Below, in pieces: positions 48,437 to 61,709 of a stretch of DNA of 64,000 nucleotides. Source of the DNA: Sphyrna mokarran (lineage: Eukaryota). A model generated the notes under the pieces. That model was not told the DNA's origin. It worked only from the letters and a program-made list of their open reading frames with translations, and ran no database searches. The position numbers and the translations under genes were made by a program. How positions within the stretch are numbered: position 1 is the stretch's first letter; each line of letters begins with the position of its first letter. The stretch lies in assembly GCA_024679065.1 (NCBI GenBank), contig JAGIQG010000001.1:144460001-144524000 (forward strand). The letters run 5' to 3'.

Positions 48437-49022
48437 GAGAAAAATATTGCGTGGAAAATCTCACCCAACACATCATAGGTTCAGAACGGCCTACAGTAAT
48501 ATGGATATGATTTGTGACTTTGCTGACCTCTACTCTCCCTTGTATCTCAGTCATCTAGATACAAAGACCCACAATCCATGAGCTTCTTTGATTCTTTTTA
48601 CCATGTTCAGGATATTTTAATGATTTTTGTCATCATTGCCAGCCCTCGAAATATGGCTGATGTCAGTCAGGCTTGTGTTCTCTCAGGCCACTCAGCAGAC
48701 CAATCCTGGATCTGCACTCCTTTAGTCAGAGAGGATAAGAGTTAGCCTGAGAAAGTGGGTTTGCATCCATCACTCACCTGATTATTGGATCGAGAACTAA
48801 CGTCAGTAAAATAATACCTTTATTTTAAAAGACTCATCCTCATTTTTAAAATTCTCAAGACTTTTCTCATTCCTATGCATGTTGACAAGATCTAATATTA
48901 CCTTTGTCGTGACCCATGAACGTTGCTGTGTTCTTTGAATACTCCCTTGCGACAGGGCACATTGTATTATAGGGTTTATGAAGTCATGGACAAAGAATAA
49001 TCTAGAGCAGGGACAATTAATT

Positions 49023-49340
49023 GGGCAGCACAGTGGTACAGTGGTTGGCACTGCTGCTTCACAGCACCAGGAATCCGGGTTCAATTCCTGGCTTGGGTCA
49101 CCGTCTGTATGAAGTTTGCACATTCTCCTTGTGTCTGCATGGGTTTCCTCCGGGTGCTTCAGTTTCCTCCCACAGTCCAAAGATGTGAGGTTAGAATGAT
49201 CGGCCATGTTAAATTGCCCTTTAGTGTCCTGGGGGGATTAACACAGTAAAAACATGGGGTTACAGGAATAGGGCCAGGGAGGAATTGTCATCAGCGCAGG
49301 CTCAATGAGCTAAATGGGCTCCTTCTGCTCTATAAGCTCT
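49023..49340 (+). mobile_element. HE1/V-SINE-like SINE
   Basis: gggcagcacagtggtacagtggttggcactg...gggttcaattcc, core and tail. Confidence 0.85.
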
Positions 49341-49359
49341 GTATAAAATTAACTTAGAT

Positions 49360-52300
49360 GGGATGAGAATGCATGTGGGGTTCAGTGATGGGTATTGCTA
49401 TTGAAACTCAAGGGGCAATGGTTAGATGAGATGATGGAGATGATCATTTTCTGGCACTTGTGTGGCATGAATGTTCCTTGCCACTTGTCAGCCAAGCACG
49501 AGTATTGTAAAGGTCTTTTTGCATTTGGACATGGACTGATTCAATATGAGGAGTCACAAATAGGTGCTGAACATTGTACAGTAATCTGCAAACATCCCCA
49601 TTCTGCCATTATGATGGAAAGCAGGTCATTAATAAAGCAGCTGAAGATGGTTGGACTGCGAACACCCCTCTGAGGAACTGCTGCAGTGATACTCTGAAGC
49701 TGAGATGATTGATCTCCAATCAACACACTGTCTTCTCTTGTGCCAGTATAATTTCAACTGGTGGAAGGACTTCCCCTGATTCCCATTGATTGTAGTTTCC
49801 CTTAGGGTTCCTTGATGTCATATTTTCTCAAATGTTAATCTTAAGCCAAAGAACAAAGAACAAAACAGCACAGGAAAAGGCTCTTCAGCCCAACGAGCCC
49901 ATGTCGCCACCTCAATGTTCCCACTTCCACCCATGATCCCTGCCTATGTTTATAGAAATCTGTATTGGAACCAAATTTGCAAGACAATTTAGGGAGAATT
50001 TGTTTTGCCAATTAGCCTAAGAGCACATCCTTGGGGTGTGGAAGGAAATTGGAGCACCCGGAGAAAATCCATGGAAGCAAGGGGAGAATGCGCAAACTCC
50101 CACAGACACAGGCCCAAATCCATGTATCTGCACAGCACAGCGATAGTCACTGAGCTGTTGTGTTGCCCATCAAATGGTCCAGGTCAAGCGTATACTAACG
50201 ACGTGAAGCACTAGGATACTCTCAACAAAAATCCAAGAGCAGCCCTCTCACGATCCATCGCGTGTATGCCCCTTGTTAGATAACAAGGTGGATTGAAGTA
50301 CCTGTAAGATAAAACAGAAATACATCATTATCATTCGCAATTCACGTATTCCCAGGGAACTCCCACGGCTCATGACCCCTACTTTAAATCAGTCTTCTAT
50401 ACCCCTCCATCCCCATTCTGTTCATGTGCCCATCTAAGTATCTCTTAAATAACTTCAGCATGCCTGCCTCTACCACCTTACTTGGCAGTGCATTCCATAC
50501 CCCCACAACCCTCTGTGTGAAAAATCTCCCTCTAGCATCCAAATTATACCTTACCCCCTCACCCTAAGCCCGTGATCCCTCGTGATATTTGATTGCAACC
50601 TAGGAAAAAGCTTAACCCTGTTTACTCTATCTATACCACTCATAATTTTGTACAGCTCTATTAGATCTCCTCTAAGTCTACGTCTTTCTAAAGAAAACAC
50701 CCCAATTTGCCTAACCTCTCCTCGTAACTCAGACCTTCCATACCAGGCAGCATCCTGGTAAACCTCCTCTGCACTCTCTCCAGAGTTTCCACGTCCTTCC
50801 GGTAGTAAGGCGACCAGAACTGGACGCAGTATTCCAAATGAGGTCTAATCAACTTTTTATACAATTGCAACATTAAAGGCCAGCTCTTGTACTCTATACC
50901 CCTTCCTATGAAGGCTAGCATACCATATGCTTTTTTCACAACCTTCTCCACCTGCTCTGCCACCTTCAGAGACTTGTTCTCCTGCACCCCCAGGTCCCTC
51001 TGCGTTTCTATACTCTTAATAGGTCTACCATTTACCATATACCTCCCCACTACATTATTTCTCCCAAAATGCATCACCTCACATTTATCAGGATTGAATT
51101 CCATCTGCCATCTATCTGCCCAAGCTACCAGCCTATGTCCTGCTGTATCGCCTGACAATGCTCCTCACTATCCGCAAGTTCAGCCGTCTTTGTATCATCT
51201 GCAAACTTGCTGATTACACCACTTACTCCCTCTTCCAAGTCATTTATATATATTACAAATAGAAGAGGTCCCAATACTGAGCCCTGCAGCACACCACTAG
51301 TGACTGACCTCCAGCTAGAAAAACACCCTTCCACTATTACTCTCTGTCTCCTATTACCAAGCCAGATACTTATCCATCTAGATACCTGTCCTTGTTTTCC
51401 ATTAGCTTTGACCTTTTCAACTAACTTCTCACGAGGGACTTTGTCAAACGCCTTACTGAAATCCATATAGACGACATCAACGGCTCGCCCTTCGTCGACC
51501 ATTTTTGTCACCTCCTCAAAAAAATTGTATCAGATTCGTAAGGCACGACCTCCCCTTAACAAAGCCATACTGCGTATCCCTAATCAGATTGCAACGCTCT
51601 AAGTGCATATACATCCTATCTCTAAAAACCTCCTCCAACAGCTTCCCTACCACTGACGTCAAACTCACCAGCCTATAATTTCCTGGGTTATCCCTACTAC
51701 ACTTTTTAAACAAAGTTACAACATTAGCTATTCTCCAGTCCTCTGGGACCTCACCTGTGTCCAAAGAAGAGACAAAGATTTGCGTCAGAGGCCCAGCAAT
51801 TTCACCTTGCACCTCCCTAAGCAGCCTGGGATAAATGCCATCAGGCCCAAGAGATTTATCTGTTTTAATGCTACCTAGAAGCTCTAAGACTTCCTCCCTC
51901 GTTATAGATTTTTCCTTCAACTGGTCTACAGCTCCCTCAGAGGTAGGACCAGTCAACAAGTCCCTCTCCTTCATGATTACTGATGCAAAGTATTCATTCA
52001 GGATCTCCGCCATTCCCTTGGGCTCTAAGCACAGTTCCCCTCCTCTGTCCCTGAGAGGTCCGATTTTTCCTCTAACCACCCTTTTATTCCTAACATAGGA
52101 ATAAAAAGCCTTTGGATTTTCCTTAACCCTATCTGCCAAAATCATTTCATGCCCCCTTTTTGCCCTTCTAACTCCCTGTTAGACTCTCTATACTCTAAAT
52201 GTTCCCTGTCCCTTCTATATAGTTGCCCTTCTTTCACAAAAACTTCCCAATTATCTACAAAAATAAAACCCTCTGCCCTACACCAGTCCTTCAGCCACGC

Positions 52301-53350
52301 ATTCAGCTGTAGGATCTCATTTCTCCTGGCCCCGCTGTTGCCTAGCCCTGGTAGCAGCCCTGAGATTGCCACCCTGGAGGCCCTGCTCTTCAGCCTGTCC
52401 CCCAACTCCCTAAACTGCCTTCGTATATCCTCCCTGCTCTTCCTTCCTACGTCCTTCTCTCCTATGTGAATAATCACATAGGCTGTCACTCTCACCTCAT
52501 CTTTGGAATTCAGCTCTTTTGTTCATGTTTACACCAAGGATGCAGTGAAGTCAGGAGCTGAGTGACCCTGGTTGAACCCAAACTGAACATCCATGAGCAG
52601 GTTATTACTGAATGAGTGCTGCATGAGAGCACTGTTGATAACACCTTCCATCATTTTACCGAAGATCAAGAGTAAACTGATGGGGCAGTAATTAACAACT
52701 TGTTCTGTTTCTTATGTACAGAACATCTTTGCAATTTTCTGTATTGTCAGATAGATACCAGTGTTGTAGCTGTATTGGAACAGCTTGGTTAGGGAAGCAG
52801 CAAGTTTTGGAGCATGTGGCTTCAGTACTATTGCTAGAATGTTGTCAGGGCATACAGCTTTTGCAGTATCCAGTTTCTTACATCTTGTGGAGTGAAATGA
52901 ATTGGCTGAAGACTGGCATCTGTGATGCTAGGACCTCAGGAGATGGATCATCAATTCGTCACTTCTGGCTGAAGATTTTTGTGAATGCGTCAGCTTTGTC
53001 TTTTGCACAGATATGCTAGGTTCTTCCATCATTGAGGATAGTGGCACAGGCAGGAATGGTGATGGTGATGTGGGACTTTGTCTGTAAGGTATTATTCTGT
53101 GAGTATGACTATATCAAGCTGTTGCTTGGCTGTTCTAAGACACCTCTCCCAATTTTTGCAGTAAGTAAGGAGGCGTTAGTAAGGAGGACTTTGCAGGGTC
53201 AACAGTGCAGAGTTTGCCATAGTCACCCCTAAATCGATGCCAAATGGTCCATCCAGTTTCATTCCTTTTTGTTCCATTTATAATTGTTGGACATAACTGA
53301 ATAACTTGGTAGGTCATTTGAGAGTCAAGCACATTATTGTGGGTCTGGCG
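49360..53350 (-). mobile_element. Old LINE (RT remnant) split by a younger CR1 insertion at ~49848-52490
   Basis: VPQRGVRSPTIFSCFINDL in ORF 49541..49726; the two flanks join colinearly when compared with 7680-7800. Confidence 0.7.
49848..52490 (-). mobile_element. CR1 LINE copy, 5'-truncated and internally deleted (ORF1 remnant fused to mid-ORF2), SINE-containing 3'UTR
   Basis: ORF 52142..52495 is an ORF1 esterase part; ORFs 51516..52145, 51125..51511 and 50688..51158 are RT parts; 3'UTR homologous to 57476-57960. Confidence 0.9.
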
Positions 53351-53499
53351 TCATGGGTCATTGTTAAACTTTTAATTCCAGATATTTTATTGAGTTTTTA
53401 AATTCCACCATGTGCCATGGAACCCACAGCATTATTCTGGGTTTCTGGATTATGAGCCAAGCGGCAATATCTCTGTGCCACACTGGTGGAAAAGATGTG

Positions 53500-54065
53500 G
53501 CTGAACAAAAGGCCATCTTTAATGAAAAAATATTGCAGGCAATGTCAAGGTATGCTCCTTTGCAGGGGAAAGGTAGGACAAATAAATGCAAAGTGCCCTG
53601 GATGATGAGAGAGGTACAGATGAAGATAAAAAAGGAAGAACTGCATGAGTAACAGATGTATGTAGAAATTACAATGGAGAAGTAGGCTGAATATGGAAGG
53701 GACAGAGGGGAAAGTGAAAAAAATTAATAAGAAAATCAGGGAGAGAGCAACAAATAACAAAAGGTGGTGCTAGAAAGAATAGGGCTGATTAAGAATAAAA
53801 AGGGACTTGCAAATGGAAACAGTACTTTGGAATAGATTAGGTATTAGGATTGGATGAGATGTATCCAAGGGTACGTAGGGAAGTGAGAGTGGAAATTGCA
53901 GAATCATTAGTGATAATCCTCTATCTATCTTCCTTAGTCAGAGCTGGTTCCAGAGGATAAGGGAATTGCAAATGTTGCTCTCTTGTTCAAATAAGGTGCA
54001 AAGATAAAGATGGTAACTATAGACCAATCAGTTTGATTTCAGTGGTAGGGAAATTTCTAGAAACT
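53500..54065 (+). mobile_element. Old CR1 ORF2 fragment
   Basis: Decayed PED..IANVALLFK.GAKDKDGNYRPISLISVVGKFLE. Confidence 0.65.
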
Positions 54066-55269
54066 ATGGCCACAATTTAGCAGATCCGTCAGCCCAGGAG
54101 CGTAGATTCCGTAATGGCTGCTAAATCTCGCGAGGGGCCAAAAACAGGATTTGTGCCAACAAGATTTGAAAGCACGATCTCCCCAGGCCTTCTTCCGATA
54201 ACGTGATCAGGTCAACGGCAGGAAGGGAACAAACCTAATTAGCATGAATTTGAATGTACTATTTACTTAGCCAGCTTAACATTGCATCCTCTGCTGTCAC
54301 TCTTCAGCTGTGACATTGCGCAAGTGCAAGATCACTATTGCTCCTTAAAAACGGGAACAGGCACCATGACTGAAGGAGGAAGGAGGCGAATACTACTGCC
54401 TCCACTGAGAACTTACAGATCTAGACTATGTTTAACCAGAAAGCAGTGTAGATCAGCCAACATTTCAGGCTGAAATGGACTTGTTTACCCTGACTGGGAA
54501 TGGACCCAGCCTTCCCTGCTACACCCCACACATACTATCATTTTACACATTTCCAGCCACCTCTTGCAGCTGAGAAACTGCAATTTGAAAAATACAGAAC
54601 AGATATAACTCAAAAGCAAGATTTATTTTGACAGATTTATCGGATGGAGAGAAAAATCTAGCAGGGAAATGTAAAATTTCTCTATAAACAAAGCCATTGG
54701 AGTCACCCCAGTGAACTTTGCAGCCTTGCTGAAGGAGCATTCACAGAAACCAAGTCTGAGAACAACTTTCCATCAATACCTCCACCTAGTGCTGATTTTG
54801 ATAAAACTTCTCCCTCTACTAGAACATGCTTACAGCACCCACCACTTTTACTGATCCTGCTTAAGTTAAACATCACATATCAGACAAATAAAACATTAAT
54901 CATTTCTTATTTCCATGGACATAATTTACAAAGGCTTTCTTAAACAGAATGGCTTTTTCACACAGCATAAAGACTTTGTCAGGAACACAAAGAGTATTTA
55001 TTAACAAGGAAAAACTGTACAAAGATTGACAGCTTCAATGACTGCTCCAGTACATGTCTTCAGACTGTCTTCCGCCTAGGTCGGACTCCACCCCGGGGTG
55101 ATTATCCACGTAGTCCCAATTAGTCCCTCAGACCAAGTGATCCTCTTCTGCCATACTGCCCTTAAAGGGACAGTCACCACACTCAGGTTAGCAGTTGTTG
55201 GCCCTCACTAAAGCACAATTATCTCTCTTCAAACGCTACGGTGCTTGCACTGTCATATCTACCTGCTTC

Positions 55270-55560
55270 AAAAAACAAAGAACAGCACAGCACAGGAAAC
55301 AGGCCCTTTGGCCCTACAAGTCTGCGCCGCCCATTTTAACATTCAGTGAGTGCCTTATTCAAGTCTTCTACCTATGACTTTTACCTACCTCTAATGGACT
55401 CCACAATAAAGGGATGAAAATTTAGGGAATTATATGTGCTCCAGATTAAGGGAGATCCAATTTAGGGATAATTTATTGACACCAATCAGCCTAAAAGCAC
55501 ATTTTTGGGATGTGGGAGGAAACCTGAGCACCTGAAGAAAACACACGCAAGCACGGGTTC
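55270..55560 (-). mobile_element. 3'-terminal fragment of the SINE-tailed CR1 family
   Basis: ccaatcagcctaaaagcacatttttgggatgtgggagg and the tail match 26490-26760. Confidence 0.6.
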
Positions 55561-55852
55561 AATTTGATCCATTTCCCAAATCTAAAGCATTGCAAGAGAA
55601 ACCAATTCAACTGTTTGTAATTAGGTTGTATAAAAAGTTCTGGCACATAAGCCCAGGCTATGGAATTCAGAACGATCTTAATGAGAGTGATCTTAATAAT
55701 TGTGTCTAATGGGGAAAATCTCAGAGATTGATGCAGATCTCATTCAAGCTTTGTCAGTTTCACAATCAACTCTACTTCACCACCTCCTTTTAGCCCTTTC
55801 AATACCTCTGATTGATCAAATTGTCCAATACCCAATTCTAAGGGGAGTTGAT

Positions 55853-56175
55853 GGCATGGTGATGATGTCCCTGGATTAGTAATCCTAGGGACTCTGGGGA
55901 CAAGGGTTTGAATCCCATCACGGCAAATGATAAAATTTGAATTCGATAAAAATTTCAAAACAAAAGTCTCATGATGACCATGAAACCACCGTCGATTGTT
56001 ATAAAAACCCATCTGGTTCACTTAGGGAAGAAAATCTGCATACAACTCACATATGGTTGACTTTTAAATACCCTCTGGAATGGCCCAGGAAGCCAGTCAA
56101 TTCAAGGGTAATTAGGAATGGGCAATAAATGCTGGCCCAGCCAATGATGCCCATGAATCGCATGAATGAACAAAA
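55853..56175 (+). mobile_element. tRNA-derived SINE, family B
   Basis: gggtttgaatccc B box; body and tail shared with 18784-19120. Confidence 0.7.
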
Positions 56176-56199
56176 AGATTAGATTTAAAATTTAGTTCA

Positions 56200-56730
56200 G
56201 TAGAACATAGAACATAGATTACTACAGCACAAACAGGCCCTTCGGCCCACAAGTTGTGCCGATCATATCTATACTTACCAGGCCATAGACTTATCTGTAA
56301 CTCCCAATCCCATTAAATCCCATGTACTCATCCAGAAGTCTCTTAAAAAACATCAGCGAGTTTGCCTCTAACACCACTGACGGCAACCGATTCCATTCAC
56401 TCACCACCCTCTGAGTGAAAAACTTACCTCTAACATCCCATCTGTACTTGCCCCCCATCACTTTAAATCTGTGTCCTCTCGTAGCAACTATTTCAGCCCT
56501 GGGAAATAGCCTCCGAGAATCCACTCTATTTATTCCTCTCAACATCTTAAAACCTCTATCAGGTCGCCTCTCAACCTTCGTCTCTCCAGGGAGAAGTGAC
56601 CTAGCTCTCTCAACCTATCTTCATAAGGCATGCCCCCCAATCCAGGCAACATCCTTGTAAATCTCCTCTGCACCCTCTCAATAGCTTCCACATCCTTCCT
56701 ATAGTGAGGCAACCAGAACTGCACACAATA
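56200..56730 (-). mobile_element. CR1 3' fragment
   Basis: ORFs 56539..56784 and 56291..56545 (YCVQFW..RVQRRFTRMLPG..FFTQRVVSEWN); (catagaa)n tail. Confidence 0.9.
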
Positions 56731-57966
56731 TGTAGGGTGAAGTAGGATGAAAACTGAAACATGCCAATTTTTAAACTTATTCAACTAACCCAACAATCAG
56801 AGGAAACAGTTTCTTCCTACTTGTTCTATCATTTTCAGTACATCTCATCATTCTCAAAACTTTTGATAAACCTTCAACTATTCCAATAAGCTTTTGGCCA
56901 GCCTCCCATCTTCTATCATCATTAAACTTCAGCTTATCCAAAACTCTCCAAATTACATCCAATCCCTGCTTCCCAGTCTTCCTCTCATCCCCAACCCTTG
57001 TTCCTTCTGTCTTCCTCTGTGTGGTGAAGAAGCAAATCCATGTTTCCCAACAAAAACCCACGGATGAACAGGGATATCCACTGCTTGCTGAAGCCCAGGT
57101 CTCAGGCAACCCTGACCTATACAAGAAATACAAGTATGATCTACAAAGACCCGTCAAAGATGCCAAAAGACAGTGCCGGACCAAGCTAGAATCCTTGGCT
57201 GGCTGCAAGCAACCCCACCAACAATGGCAAAGTCTGCAAGATATAATAGGCTACCAGATGTCAATAAGTAGGAGTCTTTGTTATCCTGGTGTTCCAGAAT
57301 TCGGTGTAGGGCCAGGGAGATGGCACCTGCTGTGGACCTGTTACAGCAGTAGGTGAACTGTAGTGGATCCAGGTAATCTGGGGGCAGCAAGTTTCTAGGC
57401 GTCCAGATCATCAATAACCTGCCTCCATACCAATGCTGTAGTTAAGAAAGACCATCAACTCTTTTTTTTTTTTTTAAAGCAACACAGCACGGGAAACAGG
57501 CCCTTCGGCCCAACGAGCCCGCGCCACCGTAATACCAAATCATTTCCTATTTTAATAGTCCTATATAATAGTATATATATTAATCCTAATTTGGAAAATT
57601 TTCACCATAGGGACAATTTGTTACCCAATCAGCCTAAGAGCGAATTTTTGGGTTGTGGGAGGAAACCGGAGTGCCCGGAGAAAACCCACACAACCACGGG
57701 GAGAACGCGCAAACTCCCGCAGACACCGGCCCAATTCCAAGCGTCTGCACAGCCACATCGATAGTCTCTGAGCTGTCATGGTGCCCTTCAGGTGGTCCAC
57801 ATAAAGCACTCATATACGACATGAGGTACCAGGCAACCCATGAAACAACATCCAAGAGCTGTACCCGCACCACCTGCCGAATGCGTGCTCAAATTATGGA
57901 CCGAATTACCTGTGGAAAAAAGCCGTAGTTAAACAGTCCTAATATATCCCTCTATCTGCATACCGC

Positions 57967-60831
57967 TCATGTGGCTGTCCAAGAGACCTTAAACAGCCCC
58001 AGCGTGCCTGCTCCCACCACCTTACTCGGCAGTGCATTCCACACCCCCACTACCCTTTGTGTGAAAAACTGCCCTCTAATATTCGTCCTATACATAGCCC
58101 CCCTCACCCTAGGGCCATGACCTCTCGTCCTATCCATTTCTAAAGGTGGAAAAAGTTTACCTCCATTTACTCTATCTATACCCCTTATAATCTTATACAC
58201 CTCTATGAGATCCCCTCTAAGCCGACGTCTTTCAAGGGAAACAACCCCAGTCTATCTAATCGTTCCTCATAGGACAGTCCTTCCATACCAGGCAGCATCC
58301 TGGTAAACCTCCTCTGCACTCTTTCCAAGGACTCCACATCCTTCCGATAGTACGGAGACCAGAACTGGGCGCAGTATTCCAAGTGAGGCCTAACCAAAGT
58401 TGTATACAACTGCAACATCAAACTCCTACTCTTATATTCTATACCCTTTTCTATGAAATCTAACATACTATACGCCTTCTTTGTCACCTTCTCCACCTGT
58501 GAGGACACCTTCAGAGACTTGTGAACCTGCACCCCCAAGTCTCTCTGCGTCTCTATGCTCCGTATAGTTTTACCTTTTATCCTATAATTCTCTCTACATT
58601 TTTCTGGCCAAAATGCATCACCTCGCATTTTTCCAGATTAAATTCCATTTGCCATCTATCTGCCCAATCTACCAACCTGTCTATGTCCTGTTGTATTGCC
58701 TGACACTGCTCTTCTGTACCCGCCAATCCAAGCATCTTGGTGTCATCAGCAAATTTGCTGATCTCACCACCTACCCCTACTTCAAAGTCGTTTATGTAGA
58801 CCACAAATAGAAGAGGACCTAGTACTGAGCCTTGTGGCACTCCACTAGTGACAGGCTTCCAGCTGGAAAAAGAGCCTTCCACTACTACCCTCTGTCTCCT
58901 CCTTCCGAGCCAGTTTTCGACCCATATACATACACGACCCTGTATCCCATGCGCCTTCACCTTCTCTATCAGTCTACCATGAGGAACCTTGTCAAACGCC
59001 TTACTGAAATCCATGTAGACGACATCAACAGCCTGTCCTTCATCAACTGTTTTTGTCACTTCTTCAAAAAATTCCACTAGATTCGTAAGACAAGACTTCC
59101 CCTTGACGAAGCCATGCTGAGTATCCCTGATCAGATCGCAGCGCTCCAGATGCTCATACATCCTGTCCCTAAGGATCCTCTCCATTAGCTTACCTATAAC
59201 TGAAGTCAAGCTCACCGGCCTATAGTTCCCTGGGTGATCCATCTGACCTTTTTTAAACAACGGTACTACGTTTGCTATCCTCCAGTCCTCTGGGACCTCA
59301 CCTGTGTCCAAGGAAGAGACAAAGATTTGCGTCAGAGGCCCAGCCAAGTCTTCCTCAACTCCCTTAGCAGCCTGGGGTAAATGCCATCAGGCCCCGGAGC
59401 TTTATATGTCTTTAAGCTGCCTAACAGCCCCAACACCTCTTTCCTCGTAATCCTTATTTCCCCCAACCAATCTTCAACTTTGTCAACATCAGGCACAGAC
59501 ATCTGTCCAGTCTCCTGCGTGAATACCGACGCAAAGTATTCATTCAGGATCTCCCCCATTCCCTCAGGCTCTAAGCATAGATCCCCTCCACTGTCCCTAA
59601 GAGGTCCAATCTTGCCTCTAAACATCCTTTTGCTCCTTACATAGGTGTAAAATGCCTTTGGATTTTCTTTAATCCTACCTGCCAGAGCCACCTCATGGCC
59701 CCTTTTTGCCTTTCTAATACCCCTTTTTAGATCCCGTCTACACTCTCTATAAGCTTCCAGTGCTATCTCAGTCCCTAGTTGCCTAAATCTAATGTAAGCC
59801 TCTCTCTTTTTCTTGATCAAGTCCTCAATCTCCCTGGTAAGCCAAGGTTCTCTAATCCTACCTTTCCCATCCTTCCTCCTTGGCGGCACATATCTTTCCT
59901 GCAGAGAGTTTAGTTTTCCCTTGAAAGACTCCCACATGTACCTCGTCGACCTGCCCTCAAAAAGCTTATCCCAATCCGTATCTTTAAGTTCTTGCCTAAT
60001 CTGGCCGTATCTAGCCCTCCCCCAGTTAAATACCCTCCCTTTTGGGCCAGTCTCATCCTTTTCCAGTAATATCCTAAAGCAGACAGAGTTGTGATCACTA
60101 TTTGACACCTGCTCTCCTACCTCGACGTCAACCACCTGGCCTGGCTCATTCCCCAGAACCAAATCCAGTATAGCCCCCCCTCTAGTCGGGCCATCCACAT
60201 ACTGCTCCAAGGACCCTTCCAAAACACACTGTACAAATTCCTCCCCATCCACTCCTACAGCCCTGGGCACACTCCAATCTACTCCAGGAAAATTAAAATC
60301 TCCCACCACTACCACCCTATTTTTCCTACACTTATCTAAAATGTCCCTGCATATCCCTTCTTCCACAGCCCGCGGGCTGTTGGGCGGTCTGTAGTAAACA
60401 CTCAACAGAGTAACCACTCCCTTCCTATTCCTCAACTCCACCCATAGAGACTCAGTTCCTAAATCATACATACCTATCTCCCTCTGCACTGCTATGACGT
60501 TGTCCTTAACTAATAAAGCCACTCCCCCACCTCTCTTCACACCAACTCTGTCACACCTAAAACACTTATACCCTGGAATATTCAATTGCCAGTCTTGCCC
60601 CTCCTTCAACCACGTCTCGGTCACCACCACCACGTCTAAACTCCTCGTGAACATTATTGCCTTCAGTTCATCTGTTTTGCCAGTCACACTCCTCGCATTA
60701 AAACACATGCACTGAAGACCCTCAGCTCTCGGAAATACCTTTCTACCTACCGGTGTTGCCCTATCATCCCTCTCTATCCCACTCCCAGTTCCTGCTGTCT
60801 CCCCACCCTCCCTCCCTATTAGTTTAAACAT
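57967..60831 (-). pseudogene. CR1 ORF2 (APE endonuclease + reverse transcriptase), frameshifted as assembled
   Basis: Segments 59332..60831 (NARS, VTETWL, YYRPP, GDFN, LDLVL, SDHN), 58577..59347 (YMDFSKAFD, PQGSVLGP, FADD), 58203..58628 and 57967..58200; three apparent 1-nt frameshifts. Confidence 0.9.
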
Positions 60832-61709
60832 TTTTGAAACACTCCAGCTAACCTCCCAGCTAAAATATTTGTTCCCCTCCCAGTCAACTGCTCCCTATCC
60901 CTCATAAATAGGTGACCCTCCCTCCTGAAGACTTCCCAATGATCAATAAATATGAAGCCTTCTGCCCTACACCAATCCCTCATCCATGCATTTAGTTGAA
61001 GTGTCTCATTTATTACCCAATCGGTCCCAGGCACAGGCAGCAGCCCAGAGAACGCCACCCTGGAGGCCCTACCTTTCAGTTGAGCCCCCAACTCCCTAAA
61101 CTGTCTACGCAAGTCCCCCCTGCGCTTTCTTCCTACATCTTTTTGTCCTATGTGAACTATTACATTTGCCTTAGACCCTCTTCCCTTCAACATTCCCTCT
61201 ACCCTCTCTGATACATCCTGGACCCCTGCTCCAGGGAGGCAGACTACCATCCTGGAGTCTCTCTTTTGCCCACAGAATCTCCTATCGATCCCTTTAACCA
61301 TCCCATCCCCCACCAATATCTCACTTCCTACATTCCTGCTGGTCTCTGTGGCCTTCTGTTCCCTCTCCATCACAGCTTTTACCCCCCCCTTGGTTTTCTG
61401 GGGATCCTCCTTAGAGATGGCCTTTGTGCCTTGATTTTTGTTCTTATTCCTTGTAACTGTACCCAGCCCATCCCTACTGCTAGATCCTGGGGTCCCTGCA
61501 GGTCTGCCCTCCCTATTCATTGTGTCCTCATTTTCCCTCACCAGACAAACGTCCTCCAAGCGCAGCTCCAGCTGTCTCAACTTTGCTCGTAAACGCTGCC
61601 GTTCTAAACATTTTGCGCATATGTGGGGCTTCGGGAGACGTGATGCCTCCAAGAAGGTCCACATATGGCAGCGTACACAGTGGACGCGTTTGGCCAAGTA
61701 TCGTGGCAT
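60819..61709 (-). CDS. CR1 ORF1p (N-terminal Cys zinc-finger-like motif, coiled coil, SGNH esterase-like domain), 296 aa
   Basis: CVRC..CAKC, LRAKLRQLELRLE, ILVGDGMVKGIDRRFC, VVCLPGA, VIVHIG, FIFIDHW..F; intact ORF overlapping the ORF2 start by 13 nt. Confidence 0.88.
   Translation of the reverse strand: MPRYLAKRVHCVRCHMWTFLEASRLPKPHICAKCLERQRLRAKLRQLELRLEDVCLVRENEDTMNREGRPAGTPGSSSRDGLGTVTRNKNKNQGTKAISKEDPQKTKGGVKAVMEREQKATETSRNVGSEILVGDGMVKGIDRRFCGQKRDSRMVVCLPGAGVQDVSERVEGMLKGRGSKANVIVHIGQKDVGRKRRGDLRRQFRELGAQLKGRASRVAFSGLLPVPGTDWVINETLQLNAWMRDWCRAEGFIFIDHWEVFRREGHLFMRDREQLTGRGTNILAGRLAGVFQKCLN

Noticed and set aside
49023-49095. tRNA-like A/B boxes here and in other SINE heads
   Set aside because: They continue into SINE core and tail sequence and do not form complete cloverleafs; not tRNA genes.
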